Part shown: in pieces, positions 21,451 to 33,700 of the stretch
How the letters are laid out: every line of letters begins with the position of its first letter
How positions within the stretch are numbered: position 1 is the stretch's first letter
Assembly (NCBI GenBank): GCA_024346625.1
Contig: AP024666.1
Location: forward strand, 1,798,001-1,862,000
Length of the DNA stretch: 64,000 nt
Origin: Williopsis jadinii
Lineage: Eukaryota
Direction of reading: 5' to 3'
Translations under genes and position numbers: made by a program
The notes under the pieces: generated by a model
Databases searched by the model: none
Seen by the model: the letters and a program-made list of their open reading frames with translations, nothing else
Told to the model about the DNA's origin: nothing

Positions 21451-22204
21451 GAAAACTATGGTCAGGGCACGAAAAGGCACAGCAAAATGACAGCAAAACT
21501 GATTTTGTGGCAGCAAAAGTGTCCGAGATTGGCAATACAACCTGTGATATCCGACCTTCGGACTCGATTTCCGGGTTTATCATTGGATTATATCAACTGT
21601 GATTTATGTGATTTACTGTTTTTACAATTATCACATCCTTTTGAGATAGGATAACAACATGAAGGACGAATCCTCAAGATTCGAGTGTTTCTTTACAATG
21701 GTTTAAAAGGCACTTCTTGAACCATTGCATTTCTTCTTTATGAAGTTCCTAGAGCTGAACCTCTTCTCTTATATTTCTGAATTATATTGTTATTAAGAAT
21801 CATCTTATTGTCACTATCATGTCAACTATTCTACTAACCACACCGTGCAAAAGAACCACTATACATCCTACTGTTAGTGAAAGATATATTGTGACGTCGA
21901 TATAACTGGAAACATTAAGCTGAACCCCGAAGAGCCCACCATCAAGTGTCTTGTCGCATCTCAATAAGACACACACACAAGGAGTGCGTTCATGCTCCTC
22001 TAAAGAAATGGCCACCTTTTTGCCGTCTCCTGGATATTCTAAGGGGCTCAAAATGGCACATTCTCATGAACGGCATTACCTGTTAACTGTCTGATGTTGA
22101 AGTCTGTGATAACAGTTGTGGTACATGGCGTCGTCAGCTAATGAAGCAAGCAATTGGATTCCCCTGCGTGCCAGCATGGTGCCAGTGGCATTGAGGTAAC
22201 TCCA

Positions 22205-23338
22205 CTATGTAGTGGAATCTGTCAGCGATGCAAACACCTCTTCGACAGATCTTGTTCCCTTCCAGCTCTTGTCGTAGTTCGAGCCACTTAGATAAGCAGA
22301 GTATTTGACGCTCTCGCCTATATATTTGGCATCAGCAACGAGTCTCTTGAACGAATCGTAAGGTAGTGGGTAATCAGGTATTGCGTCCAGTTGTGAAGTA
22401 ATGTGTAATTGCTCGAGGAATGGCGTCTTTATGGTTCTCAAGTTACGCCCAGATATTGATGCTGTCATTAATGTCTCGTCCTGTGGTGTTTGAAACTTCT
22501 TCAAGTGCTCTGATGAGATTGTGCACTGGTCTGTTGGTAAGAACACTGTTCCAACTTGAACACCGGCAATGTTCAGCTCGAGTAGTTGTTTCACTGTTGA
22601 AGAGTCATATATACCACCTGCTGCGATGATAAAGGGGACTGCTTTCAATGGCTGAGAATCGACGTATCCTACAACTGTCTTGACTAGTTCCATAGTTGAC
22701 AACTGTTCATCGTCGACGTCATTAGCAATGAAGCTACCACGATGTCCACCAGCCTCCCATCCCTGGAGCACAACACCATCCACTTCAGCTTCAAGGCATT
22801 TTTTGAACTCCTCAAGATTAGTTGCTGTGACGAAGACGTTGATCCCAGACCCTTGTAGAGCCTGTTGAATGGATTGCTGTGGTAATCCAAAGTGGAAACT
22901 CACAATCTTTGGTTTCAGCTTTATCAACACTTCAACGGTAGGATGTGCTGGATCCTTTATAGACTTGAAGCTTGGATACAGCAGTTCCAGATGTTTCTTG
23001 TCGTTATCGTACGGGATATTACCAGATGAATATATCTTTTGATATTTGCCACACCACTCCTGGATCTTTGATTCGTCAACGATTGGCTCCTCATGTGTGA
23101 AAAAGTTCAGGTTCACCAGCGTTGCCTTCTCCAAAGGTAACCCCTCCTGGAAACTCTCAACTTGTAATCGGATCTTCTCAGGTGACTGACTCAAGGATCC
23201 CATCGCCAAAGAACCAATTCCCCCGAGTCTTGTTATAGAAGTTGCTAAACCCACCGTCGAAGCACCAGCCATTGGCGACTGGATGACCGGATACTTGATA
23301 TCAAACACCTTCAAAAAGCTACTCAATTGAGATTTCAT
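22205..23338 (-). CDS. Nitronate monooxygenase (2-nitropropane dioxygenase), class I
   Basis: [34 protein letters not shown] and ISGRNLR motifs; resembles the Cyberlindnera saturnus enzyme as recalled. Confidence 0.92.
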   Translation of the reverse strand: MKSQLSSFLKVFDIKYPVIQSPMAGASTVGLATSITRLGGIGSLAMGSLSQSPEKIRLQVESFQEGLPLEKATLVNLNFFTHEEPIVDESKIQEWCGKYQKIYSSGNIPYDNDKKHLELLYPSFKSIKDPAHPTVEVLIKLKPKIVSFHFGLPQQSIQQALQGSGINVFVTATNLEEFKKCLEAEVDGVVLQGWEAGGHRGSFIANDVDDEQLSTMELVKTVVGYVDSQPLKAVPFIIAAGGIYDSSTVKQLLELNIAGVQVGTVFLPTDQCTISSEHLKKFQTPQDETLMTASISGRNLRTIKTPFLEQLHITSQLDAIPDYPLPYDSFKRLVADAKYIGESVKYSAYLSGSNYDKSWKGTRSVEEVFASLTDSTT

Positions 23339-23843
23339 CTTGCTGCCACTACCTTGAACCACACACACACACACAAATAATGTCACTTCGCCTCGAATCT
23401 CTTCAAACTAGAGCATTTCAAACTGCCTTATATATAAAGATATATAAAGACGGAGAATAATATGTGTCCCATGAATATAACATCGACGCACCAGCTGCAT
23501 GCTCGGGATGAATGGAGCAAACGATGGTTCATTGCAAAACGGAACCATCAAGCGAAGTAAACAAGGGGTTTCAGTACTCAATTGAGCTCTATCACGCCTT
23601 CTTCCACCTACAAATCATTGTTTGAAAGACTTCTTCATGAGTAAAATATATGCCCATGTATTGCTATCTTGTGTTGCCTCGGAATTTACCCGATTCGTCG
23701 AATTCCGACTCTAGTATAGACTCGTTCAATTTTACGCCCGAGGTGAGCTTCTCCATGTTTTCGAGCCTCCAGTTGGTGGACTCTTGGTGTTGATTCGAGA
23801 GTGCTAGTTGGCAGGAATACTGTGCAACTGCTTCCTTCTGAAG

Positions 23844-24755
23844 ATGAGAAACCATACGAGTGAATTCACCGACTTGGTCAGAAGTTACTCCAAGGAACTT
23901 GGGATCAAACCAAAGGAACAAGTTCAACACGTTGTTATTGATGATACTTTTATAAGCGAAGCAGTTGATCTATTTAGACACGTTAGCGAGCTGAGGAAGT
24001 TGTTGCTCGGTGTTAAAGATGAATATCTGCTGTCGTCTTACTCTCACAAAGGTGAAGGGATGACGGAGGAGGAAAGAGATGAGGTTGATTCCCATGCCAG
24101 GGTTGAACTGCGTAAGGATTCGGAGAGACTGACACACTTGAAGAACTATGAGACGAAGAGATCGAAGAGTAAACAGTTCTTTGCCTTCAACAAGGGACAG
24201 GCATCAGCGGTGAATAACTTCCGTAATGGTGTTCTGAGTTCTTTGAACTTTGAATTGGAAGAAACGTCCAGACTGCTTCTAGAGATGCAAGAGACGAGGC
24301 TCTCGAGGAAACGTGATATCGATTTGACAGATTTCAACTCGAATACCATGAAGGTTGATGATCGGTATACAACTCTGCTGCTGGAAGAGGCTGAGTCTCA
24401 AAGACTTCAGGATGAATTGGAAGAATTACCAAAGGAACAAGTTATGCTATTAGAGACGGAGAATGGAGAGATCTTGGATGCCAAACTGGAAGAGTTGGCC
24501 AAGGTGGAACAAATCCAAAACTCCGTTGTGGAGATTGCCCAATTGCACTCTCAGCTATCGTCATATTTACAATTACAGTCTGAAAGCATTCGTTCTCTTT
24601 GTAACGAGCAAGATTTGATCGAAATGGACGTTTCAGAGGCTGGTAAACAGCTCAGAAAAGCAACCGGAAGGGGAAACTATGCAACAAAGGTAATCATGGT
24701 GATGGCCATACTGATGGGCTTGATAATCTTAGTTTATGATCATATACACTGGTGA
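23844..24755 (+). CDS. UFE1: ER t-SNARE (syntaxin-18 family)
   Basis: DTFISEA, MTEEERDEVD, SNARE coiled coil and C-terminal TM; neighbour of SKI7 in S. cerevisiae. Confidence 0.85.
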   Translation: MRNHTSEFTDLVRSYSKELGIKPKEQVQHVVIDDTFISEAVDLFRHVSELRKLLLGVKDEYLLSSYSHKGEGMTEEERDEVDSHARVELRKDSERLTHLKNYETKRSKSKQFFAFNKGQASAVNNFRNGVLSSLNFELEETSRLLLEMQETRLSRKRDIDLTDFNSNTMKVDDRYTTLLLEEAESQRLQDELEELPKEQVMLLETENGEILDAKLEELAKVEQIQNSVVEIAQLHSQLSSYLQLQSESIRSLCNEQDLIEMDVSEAGKQLRKATGRGNYATKVIMVMAILMGLIILVYDHIHW

Positions 24756-24807
24756 ATGAAAATACTCGTTTCTTTACAGATGTGCGCAATAATGATGATG
24801 ATACTGG

Positions 24808-27109
24808 TTAGATCTTTTCAACAACACCGGCTGCAACTGTTCTTCCTTCCTTTCTCAGGACGATTCTTCCCATCATCTTATTCTCTTTGAATAGTTGCAA
24901 TGGTAACTTTCTTTCGGTTTCAATCTCAACAATGGCACTTTGTTTGGCGATGAGATGTTTAGCCTTGCGCTTGGTTGAAGGTTCACCATTCTTGTCAAAA
25001 ACAGTCAACACTTTGGAGATCTTTGCCTGCTGTTGAACGTTGCCTCTAAAGAGAACAAATGGTGTTCCAACAAGCAGAGGTCTATCCATGTCAAATGTAA
25101 CCACACGTGCCTCAAATTTGGTAACAGATGGGATCTCGTGTGTTACAATGCTCATAACATCACCTGTACGGACGTTATCCAAATCAACGTTCTTAACTCT
25201 GATGGTAATGGAATCACCAGCAATGGCAATGTTAACTTTTGAATCTCTCAACGTGATGGAATCAACAACACCAAACGTTCCAGAAGGTGAAAAGACAACT
25301 GTTTCACCAACTTGAATTGTTCCTGTATCGATTCTACCAGTGAACTCCGACTTGGAAGTATCAATGTCATTGATCTGTAATACAAATGGCTTTGTAAACT
25401 CCCTGATGGTTGCTTCAAACGATTCCAATGCCTCAATAACACATGGACCAGAGTGGTACCAATCCAATGCAGGTGTCTCATACTTTTTTGACACGTTTGC
25501 ACCTGAGAGTCCGGAGCATGGAACGTATTTAACGTTACTCTTGATGTCCCATCCACTCATCTCTAAGAAAGAATCCATCATATCTTTAATCTCTTCAAAT
25601 CTATGTTGATCCCAGCCAGATTGGTCCATCTTGTTAACACAAACCAGGAGCTTGGTAATCCCCAAGCTTCTAGCCAGTATTGTATGTTCCTTCGTCTGCC
25701 CATCCAGGTTAAATCCAGACTCAAACGCATTTGTTGAAGAGTCTACAACCAACACAGCCAGATCAGCCTGTGCCACACCGGTGATCATATTTGGAACAAA
25801 GTCTCTATGACCTGGAGCATCCACAATGGTGAAATGACCCTTAGCAGTTTCAAATGATGAGGAACATATGTCGATAGTAACACCACGGTTTCTCTCCTCT
25901 GGCGTTTGATCCATCACCCAGGCAAGTGAAAATGAGGATTTACCAGCCTTTTCAGCCTCTCTTTTCAGTTTGTTATACTGTGACATGGACACTGTTTCAG
26001 ATTCCAGTAGTAAACGACCTGTTAAGGTGGATTTACCAGCGTCAACGTGTCCAATGACCACGAAAGATAAATTTGGCTTTGTAGATCTCTTCACAATCTC
26101 TGAATTGACATCCAATTCAACACGAGGCTTTGTCACTGATGGGGTCGCTGACACCTTCAGCTGCGAAACTTTGGCCACCACCTCAGTTTCTTTCTTCTTA
26201 TCACTGTCAAAAGCCTGTGTTTGGGCCTGTTTCACCAAATCATCGGGACTTGGCTTGTCAAAATTAATCTTCTGTTTTACAACTAAATTACCGTTAGTCA
26301 TCATAAAGGGAACGTAGAGGTGATTTGCACTCTTCAGCTGATCACTATGCTCTGTTTTGAATCTTTTAACCATTGTAGATGACGTCTGTGAAACAGGTGA
26401 ACGTGCAAAGGGAGAATGCTCAAACGTGACTGTCTGGAATGAGAACATCGGTTTCTGCTTAGCATCCTTGGAAACAGCGTCAACAGCGTTAACAGTTTTC
26501 GGTGCTTCATCTCGGCTTCCACCCTTGGCTTCGGCTCTCTTCAGCACTCTCTTGACTCGCCTCACACGAGTATCAGCTTGTTCGGTCTTCCTTGTCATTA
26601 GCTTGTCCAGTATCGACACCGACGACTTCTCCCCAAGTTTAGAGTCCTGCTGGTTCTCCCTCCTGCTCTTGGCCAGCATAGCCAGCTTAGACATCTTCTT
26701 CTCTTTAATTGAAACGGTTAGCATTCAGACTCCAAAAGACCATAGAAATCAGTGAAACAAAGACCCATCGTGTGTAGAGAGTACAGTGTCGTAGCAAGTC
26801 AAATCACAAAATAAAAACGGTACACAACCCACTCACCTTTCTTCTTGAACTTCTTCTTCATCTCTGCAACAGTGGCATCCACTTCCAAGTAGTTGTCCCA
26901 CAGGTAGTCCAGCACATCCCCATCGTTAAACCCAGTGTACTCCTTCAACTGTGCTTTGACCACGGGCAGGAGCTCCTCCATCTGCTCCTCCTCCTCGGCG
27001 GTTGGGCCATCCTCGTTCGCATAGTCGTGCAAGTCTGCCTACATGTTAGTTCGTCGTGCTCACCGTGTCGTCGCTGCTGGTGATGCTTACCGTCCTCGTC
27101 GTATTCCAT
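24808..27109 (-). CDS. HBS1: HBS1/SKI7 translational GTPase, 3 exons with alternative 3' splice sites
   Basis: Exons 27109-27091, 27034-26837, then 26702-24808 (proximal acceptor) or 26282-24808 (distal). GHVDAGKST, DAPGHRDF and NKMD motifs; Hbs1 N-domain LWDNYLEV; Ski7-like SKLAMLAKSRR and F.KPSPDD. Confidence 0.93.
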
Positions 27110-27332
27110 GTTGGCTTCTCCCTTGTTCTCTGTGTAGCTCTGTCCAACTTCCCTGTCTAGCGTTTTTTTCTCTCCCTGTGAGGCCCCGCGCGCCCTCTGC
27201 CGCCAGGCGGTTCAGCGCTCACGGCCAGGCAGAGAGAGTCCACAAAGAGAGCCTACAGAGAGAGAGCTTTTTGTTTACTTTCCACTGCCTACACACACAC
27301 ACACGCACAGAGCAGCTCAAGCGACTAGGGCA

Positions 27333-27854
27333 ATGGGGCCAGGTGATATCACAATCAAAGACAACAAACTGCAGAAGGAGCTGATGCTCAGTGAGTGCTC
27401 GCTGATACGGATTCCACCGCCGAGGAGCCAGTCGCAGAAGGACAAGGTTGACATCTCCAACTGGGACCTGACAGCAATAGTATGGAGAGGGCGACTGAGG
27501 TTCTATGAAGAGGAGCAGCTGAACGGGCAGGGGACGATGGAGGGAGTTCTGGAGCTCATTAACTATGATAAGAGTGTGTTTGTCGATGTCCGGTGCTCGT
27601 CAGACGTGACGACGGTGCAGAGCTCCGATTCACCACGGTGCTTTGGGATCATAGTTGACGTTAGAGGTGACAAGTACGCATTTGGACTGGTGTTTGACGA
27701 TAAAGACACCGGCGAGGAGTTCAGCATTGCTCTGCAAGACTTCAGGAGGGACCTTGCGACGCTCCTGGAGGCGCAGAGGGAGCAGATGGAGGACCTTTCG
27801 ATAAACGTCAAGGACGATGAGTTTGGTGACTACGTAGGCACTTACTACGACTGA
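27333..27854 (+). CDS. NECAP-like (PHear) clathrin adaptor-binding protein
   Basis: IVWRGRLRF, SDSPRCFGI and FGLVFDD...FSIALQDF motifs; C-terminal DDEFGDY ear-binding motif. Confidence 0.7.
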   Translation: MGPGDITIKDNKLQKELMLSECSLIRIPPPRSQSQKDKVDISNWDLTAIVWRGRLRFYEEEQLNGQGTMEGVLELINYDKSVFVDVRCSSDVTTVQSSDSPRCFGIIVDVRGDKYAFGLVFDDKDTGEEFSIALQDFRRDLATLLEAQREQMEDLSINVKDDEFGDYVGTYYD

Positions 27855-27943
27855 CTGCTTCCTACAACGATAGGTAGATACATATGTACAATGGGGCGGC
27901 GGCTTTCCTTTTCTAATATATACACATACGCAATTGGGGATTC

Positions 27944-28483
27944 TCATTCATCACGGTACCAGGACACTTTTCTCTTCTGTCTCTCCAATCTTGCCCTTCT
28001 GCGTCCTTCTGACCAGGACTTCTTGATCGTCTCAAGCCTCTGTGTCATCTCCTCTTGTCTCTCACTGTTGGCATCGCTCACCAACGATATTGTGAAGGGA
28101 CTTACGTTGAACTTCTCTGCAAGCGCCTTGCGAGTCCATTTGTCTGGCTCGCTCATTCTCAAGGTTTGAATCTCTGTGACTTGTGCAGGGGTCAAGTTCA
28201 GCTCACGACGGGTTGGTGTGCTCAACGAGGGAGCGTTGGCATAGGATGTAGAAGGCTTACCACTGAGATTTAGCCCCTTACGTGGATCATTCGAAGGTAA
28301 AAATGCATCTGGAGTGGAGATCTTTGCAATCGATGGTGATGGATGGTGATACAGCGTTCCCTTTGAATAGTTCGGCTTCACGTTTGAAGCGGATGATGTC
28401 GCATTGAACTTTGAAGGAACACGAGCAATTTTCGACACCGTTGAGGAATAGCGAACAGAGCTTCTAAACACACTTTGAACCAT
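27944..28483 (-). CDS. MRPL20: Mitochondrial large ribosomal subunit protein mL58
   Basis: HHPSPS, TPDAFLPSNDPR and KWTRKALAEKFNVS motifs; neighbour of HBS1 in S. cerevisiae. Confidence 0.9.
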   Translation of the reverse strand: MVQSVFRSSVRYSSTVSKIARVPSKFNATSSASNVKPNYSKGTLYHHPSPSIAKISTPDAFLPSNDPRKGLNLSGKPSTSYANAPSLSTPTRRELNLTPAQVTEIQTLRMSEPDKWTRKALAEKFNVSPFTISLVSDANSERQEEMTQRLETIKKSWSEGRRRARLERQKRKVSWYRDE

Positions 28484-28605
28484 TCTTCTTTGTACTTCTG
28501 GTGAACGTAGTTGGAACGATCTCTGGTCAAAAGAGTTTTTTCTCTTCGCCGACTTTACACTTTTGAATTTTTCACTCGGGTGGTTGATTTTTGCCAGGTT
28601 ACTAC

Positions 28606-28650
28606 AGGTGTGCGGGTGTTTGGGTGTCTGGGTTTATAGGTGTTTGGGTG
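28606..28650 (+). repeat. Degenerate 8-bp GGGTGTYT array (telomere-like/Rap1-like)
   Basis: AGGTGTGC GGGTGTTT GGGTGTCT GGGTTTAT AGGTGTTT GGGTG. Confidence 0.65.
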
Positions 28651-28716
28651 ATATAATAATTATGATAAATTATGGCAAGGTTATAATTATCATCACTGCG
28701 TGTGGAGGGGAACAGT

Positions 28717-29634
28717 TCATTGGAACGTTGGAAATGGGCTCCAATCTGGGTTAACGTACCTCTTCTCCCCGTACTTATCAACCAGATGTCCCACTGATTC
28801 CAAGTCGTTCTCGGATATCTCAACGGATTCCAAATTGGAGACAATTCTTTCCGGGTTTGAAGATTTAGGTAGGACAACTATACCCCTGGATAAGCCCCAA
28901 TTGATCAACAATTGTGCCACTGAACATTTGTAAGTCTCTGCGATTCCCTTGAGAAACTCATCTGAGAAGAAATTTGAGTTCGCTGAGCCCAAAGGTGAAT
29001 ATGCCTCGAGAACAATACCCTTCCATTGACAAAATTGGATCAACTCAAACTGAGGCAATAACGGATGGGACTCAACTTGGTTTACAGCAGGTGTTAGATG
29101 GGTTCTTTTATCGCTCAACAAAGTTTCTAAATTCTTTATTGAGAAATTAGAAACCCCAACTGCCCTTGTTAGCCCTGTTTGGGGCAACTCTTGTAAGAGT
29201 TCCCACGTCTTCACGAAATCCCAATCGTTATCCAATGCTCTTGAGCCATCTGGGTTAAGAGGAACACGAAGGTAGTCACCAACCGTTGGTTTCTTCAGGG
29301 GAATTGGCCAATGCATAAGATATAGATCCACATAATCCAATCCTAACCTCTCAAGGGATTCCTCCAACGCCTTTTTAGGTTCTCTATGCTGGGTCCCTGT
29401 TAGCTTTGTAGTGACAAAGATCTCTTCCCTTGGAATACCAGATTCTCTGATAGCACGCCCCACTGAAACTTCGTTCTTGTAAAACGCTGCAGTATCAATG
29501 TGTCTGTAACCTGCCTTTAGAGCTGTCAAGACTGCTTGATAACCTTCCTCCTCGTTTGAGAGCCATGTACCTAAACCAACCTGTGGGATCTTTGCGCCGG
29601 TATTAAGAGTTAAAGTACCAGTTAGCTTTGTCAT
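28717..29634 (-). CDS. Aldo-keto reductase (Gcy1/Ypr1-like)
   Basis: GLGTW, GYRHIDTA, LYLMHWP, GVSNF, AYSPLG and LPKS motifs. Confidence 0.93.
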   Translation of the reverse strand: MTKLTGTLTLNTGAKIPQVGLGTWLSNEEEGYQAVLTALKAGYRHIDTAAFYKNEVSVGRAIRESGIPREEIFVTTKLTGTQHREPKKALEESLERLGLDYVDLYLMHWPIPLKKPTVGDYLRVPLNPDGSRALDNDWDFVKTWELLQELPQTGLTRAVGVSNFSIKNLETLLSDKRTHLTPAVNQVESHPLLPQFELIQFCQWKGIVLEAYSPLGSANSNFFSDEFLKGIAETYKCSVAQLLINWGLSRGIVVLPKSSNPERIVSNLESVEISENDLESVGHLVDKYGEKRYVNPDWSPFPTFQ

Positions 29635-29655
29635 ATCCGGTTGTTCCTTGTGCTT

Positions 29656-29697
29656 TTCACTCCTAGTATTCACTCCTGGTATTCACTCCTGGTATTC
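29656..29697. repeat. 13-bp tandem repeat, about three copies (TTCACTCCTRGTA), in the AKR 5' region
   Basis: ttcactcctagta ttcactcctggta ttcactcctggta ttc. Confidence 0.75.
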
Positions 29698-29959
29698 TTA
29701 TGAGTGAAAGACGTATCGCTCTGACTGAGGAAAAACCAGGGGTAAACTGAAGAAAGCAATGCCATCTCCTTCATATGGAAGTTCAAGCGCATTTATGTAT
29801 GACGGACTTAAACGAACTTAAAAGAAATAATCGGATGATAAAGTGTTATGGGACACATGTATATACATATTTTTTTCCTGCTTCCTCTTGTATGTTATTG
29901 TTTTCTTGACGACCATTTGTAGTGTAAACTGTGTCTTTCGGTTGATCTCAAGAGTGCAA

Positions 29960-30493
29960 ATGGTAAGCATTGAGTACATCCTTCCCGTGATGAAAAACCA
30001 TAACTAATAGAGCTATTAGGTTCTCCCCATCATCGTTGGTATTGGCATCACCGTGTTGGCAGTAACAGTGAGTTTTAACGTATCAACCGATAACAACTGA
30101 TTGTTAAGTACTAACCACCACGATACAAAGGTCAAATCTGCTATAGTGGCAACCACAAAGCTCAGGAGAATTCCATTGGCGACTATTGCGGAGCTGAATG
30201 GTATAACCTTGGGGACTGGACGCTTTTCCTCTTCTATAACGCATAACCCGCTAAGGAGCCAGTTTCTGAAGTACCCCGGAGGATTCGGAGAGAAGATGAC
30301 TGAAAGAGAGGCATTGGAGTTGTTCAACATCAGCGGAGACGATATAATGAACCTGAACAGAGACCTTCTCAGGAAAAGGCACAGGCAATGTATGATGAAG
30401 AACCATCCGGACCGTGGGGGTAGTCCGTATTTGGCGATGAAGATCAACGAGGCCAAGGACGTCTTGGATAAGAGCTACATGTTTAAGAAATGA
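29960..30493 (+). CDS. MDJ2: Mitochondrial inner-membrane J-protein Mdj2, 3 exons
   Basis: Exons 29960-29962 (ATG only), 30020-30067, 30131-30493 give MVLPIIVGIGITVLAVTVKSA; NHPDRGGSPYLAMKINEA; adjacent to PEX6. Confidence 0.9.
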
Positions 30494-30749
30494 GTGGAAT
30501 TAAAAGATGTATATAGAGATATATGTATGACGACTATGGAGATATAATACCCACATGGTTGGCTATGAAACAGAAGAGCACACCGAGTAACTTCAACAGG
30601 TAGAACGGCGGTTCATGAAACATCCAAACACCACTCAGCTTATCAAGTTTCTCCACAAAAGAAAAACATCAACAACGGGGAAATCGACCAACAAAGAACT
30701 ACGAAAGGTCTCAAAAGCACGAAGATAAAAGGTGGCAAATCAAAACAAA

Positions 30750-33700
30750 ATGACAAAGGAATGGGAGCCGCCTCAGCTGCTTGGAAGATCGCTTGTTGCT
30801 TGTGACTTTAGCGATGATGTTACGCAGAGCGCTTCAATTTCTGTATCGTTAGACCTAAGAGGAAGGTTACCGCCCAATGGGTACTTGGCGGTGAAGCCCT
30901 TGGGCTCGGAGCATTCTGATGAGTTCCTGGTTTATCGAATCGACAACAATGTCATCAGCGGTGATAACCGTGTCAAGATCAATGACTACTCGAGGTTCAA
31001 GGAGGATGTTACTTTTGACACGGCGGTTATCACCACTGTGGAGCCGGTGAATTTGACAAAAGTGATTATGACCGTCCCAGAGGAGGTTTATACGCTTCTG
31101 AAAGGACATTCAGGTGCTGAACTATTCCGCGTATTGACTGATACTATGCATTTGAACGTTATCCATGAGGGTGATAAGGTCTTGAGCCATGGGAAGGTTT
31201 TACTATGTGAACCTGTGCCTCAGGGGTTGTTGACAAAAGAAACAACTGTGACTCTCATCAAATCAAGCGACGTGGTTCATAGCGATGCTGAAGAACTGCA
31301 TACCCCTGAACCTATGGATTCATTGGTGGAAGATCTTGATATATCGTTATACTTGGGGAATGCCTCTACAAGTACAAGAGATGTTGAATTTGACGTTGAC
31401 ACTTTGGATCTCAAGCCTAATTACTCGATTCCCCTGCCTTTGCCTAATGATGACGATACAACAACTGTTTATTTGAAAACTTCTGATTTAGCTGAATTGG
31501 GCTGCTTCTCTGGTGACTTTATTGAATTGGTTACGGATGTGGAGAACCAAGTAACAAAACTGGTTAAAGTTTGCTCCTTTGTTGAACCAAATCACTACAA
31601 GCCTGGTGTATTGTACGTTTCTCCGTTCTTTTGGTTAAACTCAAAATGTTTGAAAAAAGCTGTTGCACGTCGTTCTAAGGATACATTCTCCAACATCCCG
31701 ATAGCATCTTCAATTACATTGGCAAGAGTTGCATCTCCAATCACTCTTAACAAAGCTTACCAACAACCCTTTTTCTCTGCTTTGAAGTTTTACTTTGAAT
31801 CCAAATCAAGAATTGTGTCTGTGGGTGACTTGATTCCAGTAGTTATTGATACACTCTTGGCTAAATCTTTACCTTTGGAATACGAGGGTCCTATACCAAT
31901 AGGAAATCCGAATTGCGTGGTTTGGTTTAGAGTCACTAACGTGAACAATTCCGAAGTGGAAGATGGTTCACAATTCATAGTCGATCCTTCACACTCAAAG
32001 ATGGCCCAATCAGGGATTGTTGATATTAGACCACCGTCCCTAACCGTGAACTGGATTCAATACTTGGGTTTACCTGCTATATTTGACTTTGAATCGAATG
32101 ACAAGTTGTTCCCACATGCCAAACAGTTAATCAAGTTGATCAAATCTTCTTTAAAAATACCAAAGTTAAGAACCACTATACTGTTAACTTCACTATCCAG
32201 AAATATTGGTAAGACGTTCTTGGTGGAGAATATTGCTCAAGCACTAGGTCTACACTATACCATTGTGGACGGCTACGACGTTTTGAATCCAACTTCTGAT
32301 ATGAAAACAATTGGTACAATTAGAGGCAAATTGGATCGTCTCGTTGAAGATTGTTCTCATTTGGTCATTCTCATAAAGCATTTGGAGGCACTGGCTATAA
32401 AGCAAGAAAACAATACAAAGCCAGGGCTTATAAGTGCTAAGTTGGTTGAGTTGATCGATGAATATACATCAAAAGGTGCAATCTTCATTGCATCTTCAAA
32501 TGATGCGGATAAACTACCAGAAGAGGTACGTTCTAAATTTCGTTTCGAGATTGAAGTTCCAGTGCCTGCAGAGAATGAACGTTTGAAGATCTTCAGCCAT
32601 TTGCTATCTAAGAAGGATGCGTTCATATGCCGTTCCGATGTCTCACTTACATCATTGGCTCTGCAAAGTGCAGGTTTAACACCACGTGATTTAATTTCAA
32701 TTGTTTCAAACGCCAAGTCAATGGCTTTGGAGAGATTAGAGGAATTGAGTGAAGAGTTAAACAAACCGCTCAGTTCGATTACGCTCAATAACCCGGTACA
32801 GATAACCCCTGGAGATTTCGAAAAATCCATTAACGATGCGAGAAATAAGTTTAGTGATTCCATTGGTGCACCTAGAATTCCAAATGTCACTTGGGACGAT
32901 ATTGGAGGTTTAGATGTTGTTAAGGATGAAATATTGGATACCATCGATATGCCACTTAAACATCCGGAACTATTTTCCAATGGTGTCAAGAAGAGAAGTG
33001 GTATATTGTTTTATGGACCTCCAGGTACAGGGAAAACGTTACTGGCAAAGGCCATCGCAACAAACTTTTCTTTGAATTTCTTCAGTGTCAAAGGCCCAGA
33101 ATTGTTAAACATGTACATTGGTGAATCTGAAGCTAATGTGCGTAAGGTTTTCCAACGTGCCCGTGATGCTAAACCTTGTGTCGTTTTCTTTGATGAATTG
33201 GATTCTGTCGCTCCAAAAAGAGGTAACCAAGGTGATTCTGGTGGTGTTATGGATAGAATTGTTTCCCAATTACTCGCAGAATTAGACGGTATGAGTGGCG
33301 GTGATTCAGGAGATGGTGTCTTTGTCGTTGGTGCGACTAATAGACCAGATTTGCTGGATGAAGCATTGTTGAGACCTGGAAGATTTGACAAAATGCTGTA
33401 CCTGGGGATTTCAGATACACATGATAAGCAACAAAAGATCTTGGAGGCATTGACCCGTAAGTTCAAGTTAGATCCATCCGTGGATCTAGAGAAAGTTGCC
33501 AATTCATGTCCTTTCAACTTCACTGGTGCAGATTTCTATGCATTGTGTTCCGATTCCATGTTAAACGCAATGACAAGAGTGGCAAGTGAAGTTGATAAAA
33601 AGATTGCTGAATACAATAAAGGCAAAGAGGACCCTGTGTCGTTGAGATGGTGGTTTGATAATGTTGCCACATCAGAAGACATTGCTGTTTTGGTTAAAGA

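Noticed and set aside
23679..23708. Inverted repeat TCGGAATT...AATTCCGA in the NMO/UFE1 promoter
   Set aside because: A single 8-bp stem; could be a Zn-cluster site but is too weak to call.
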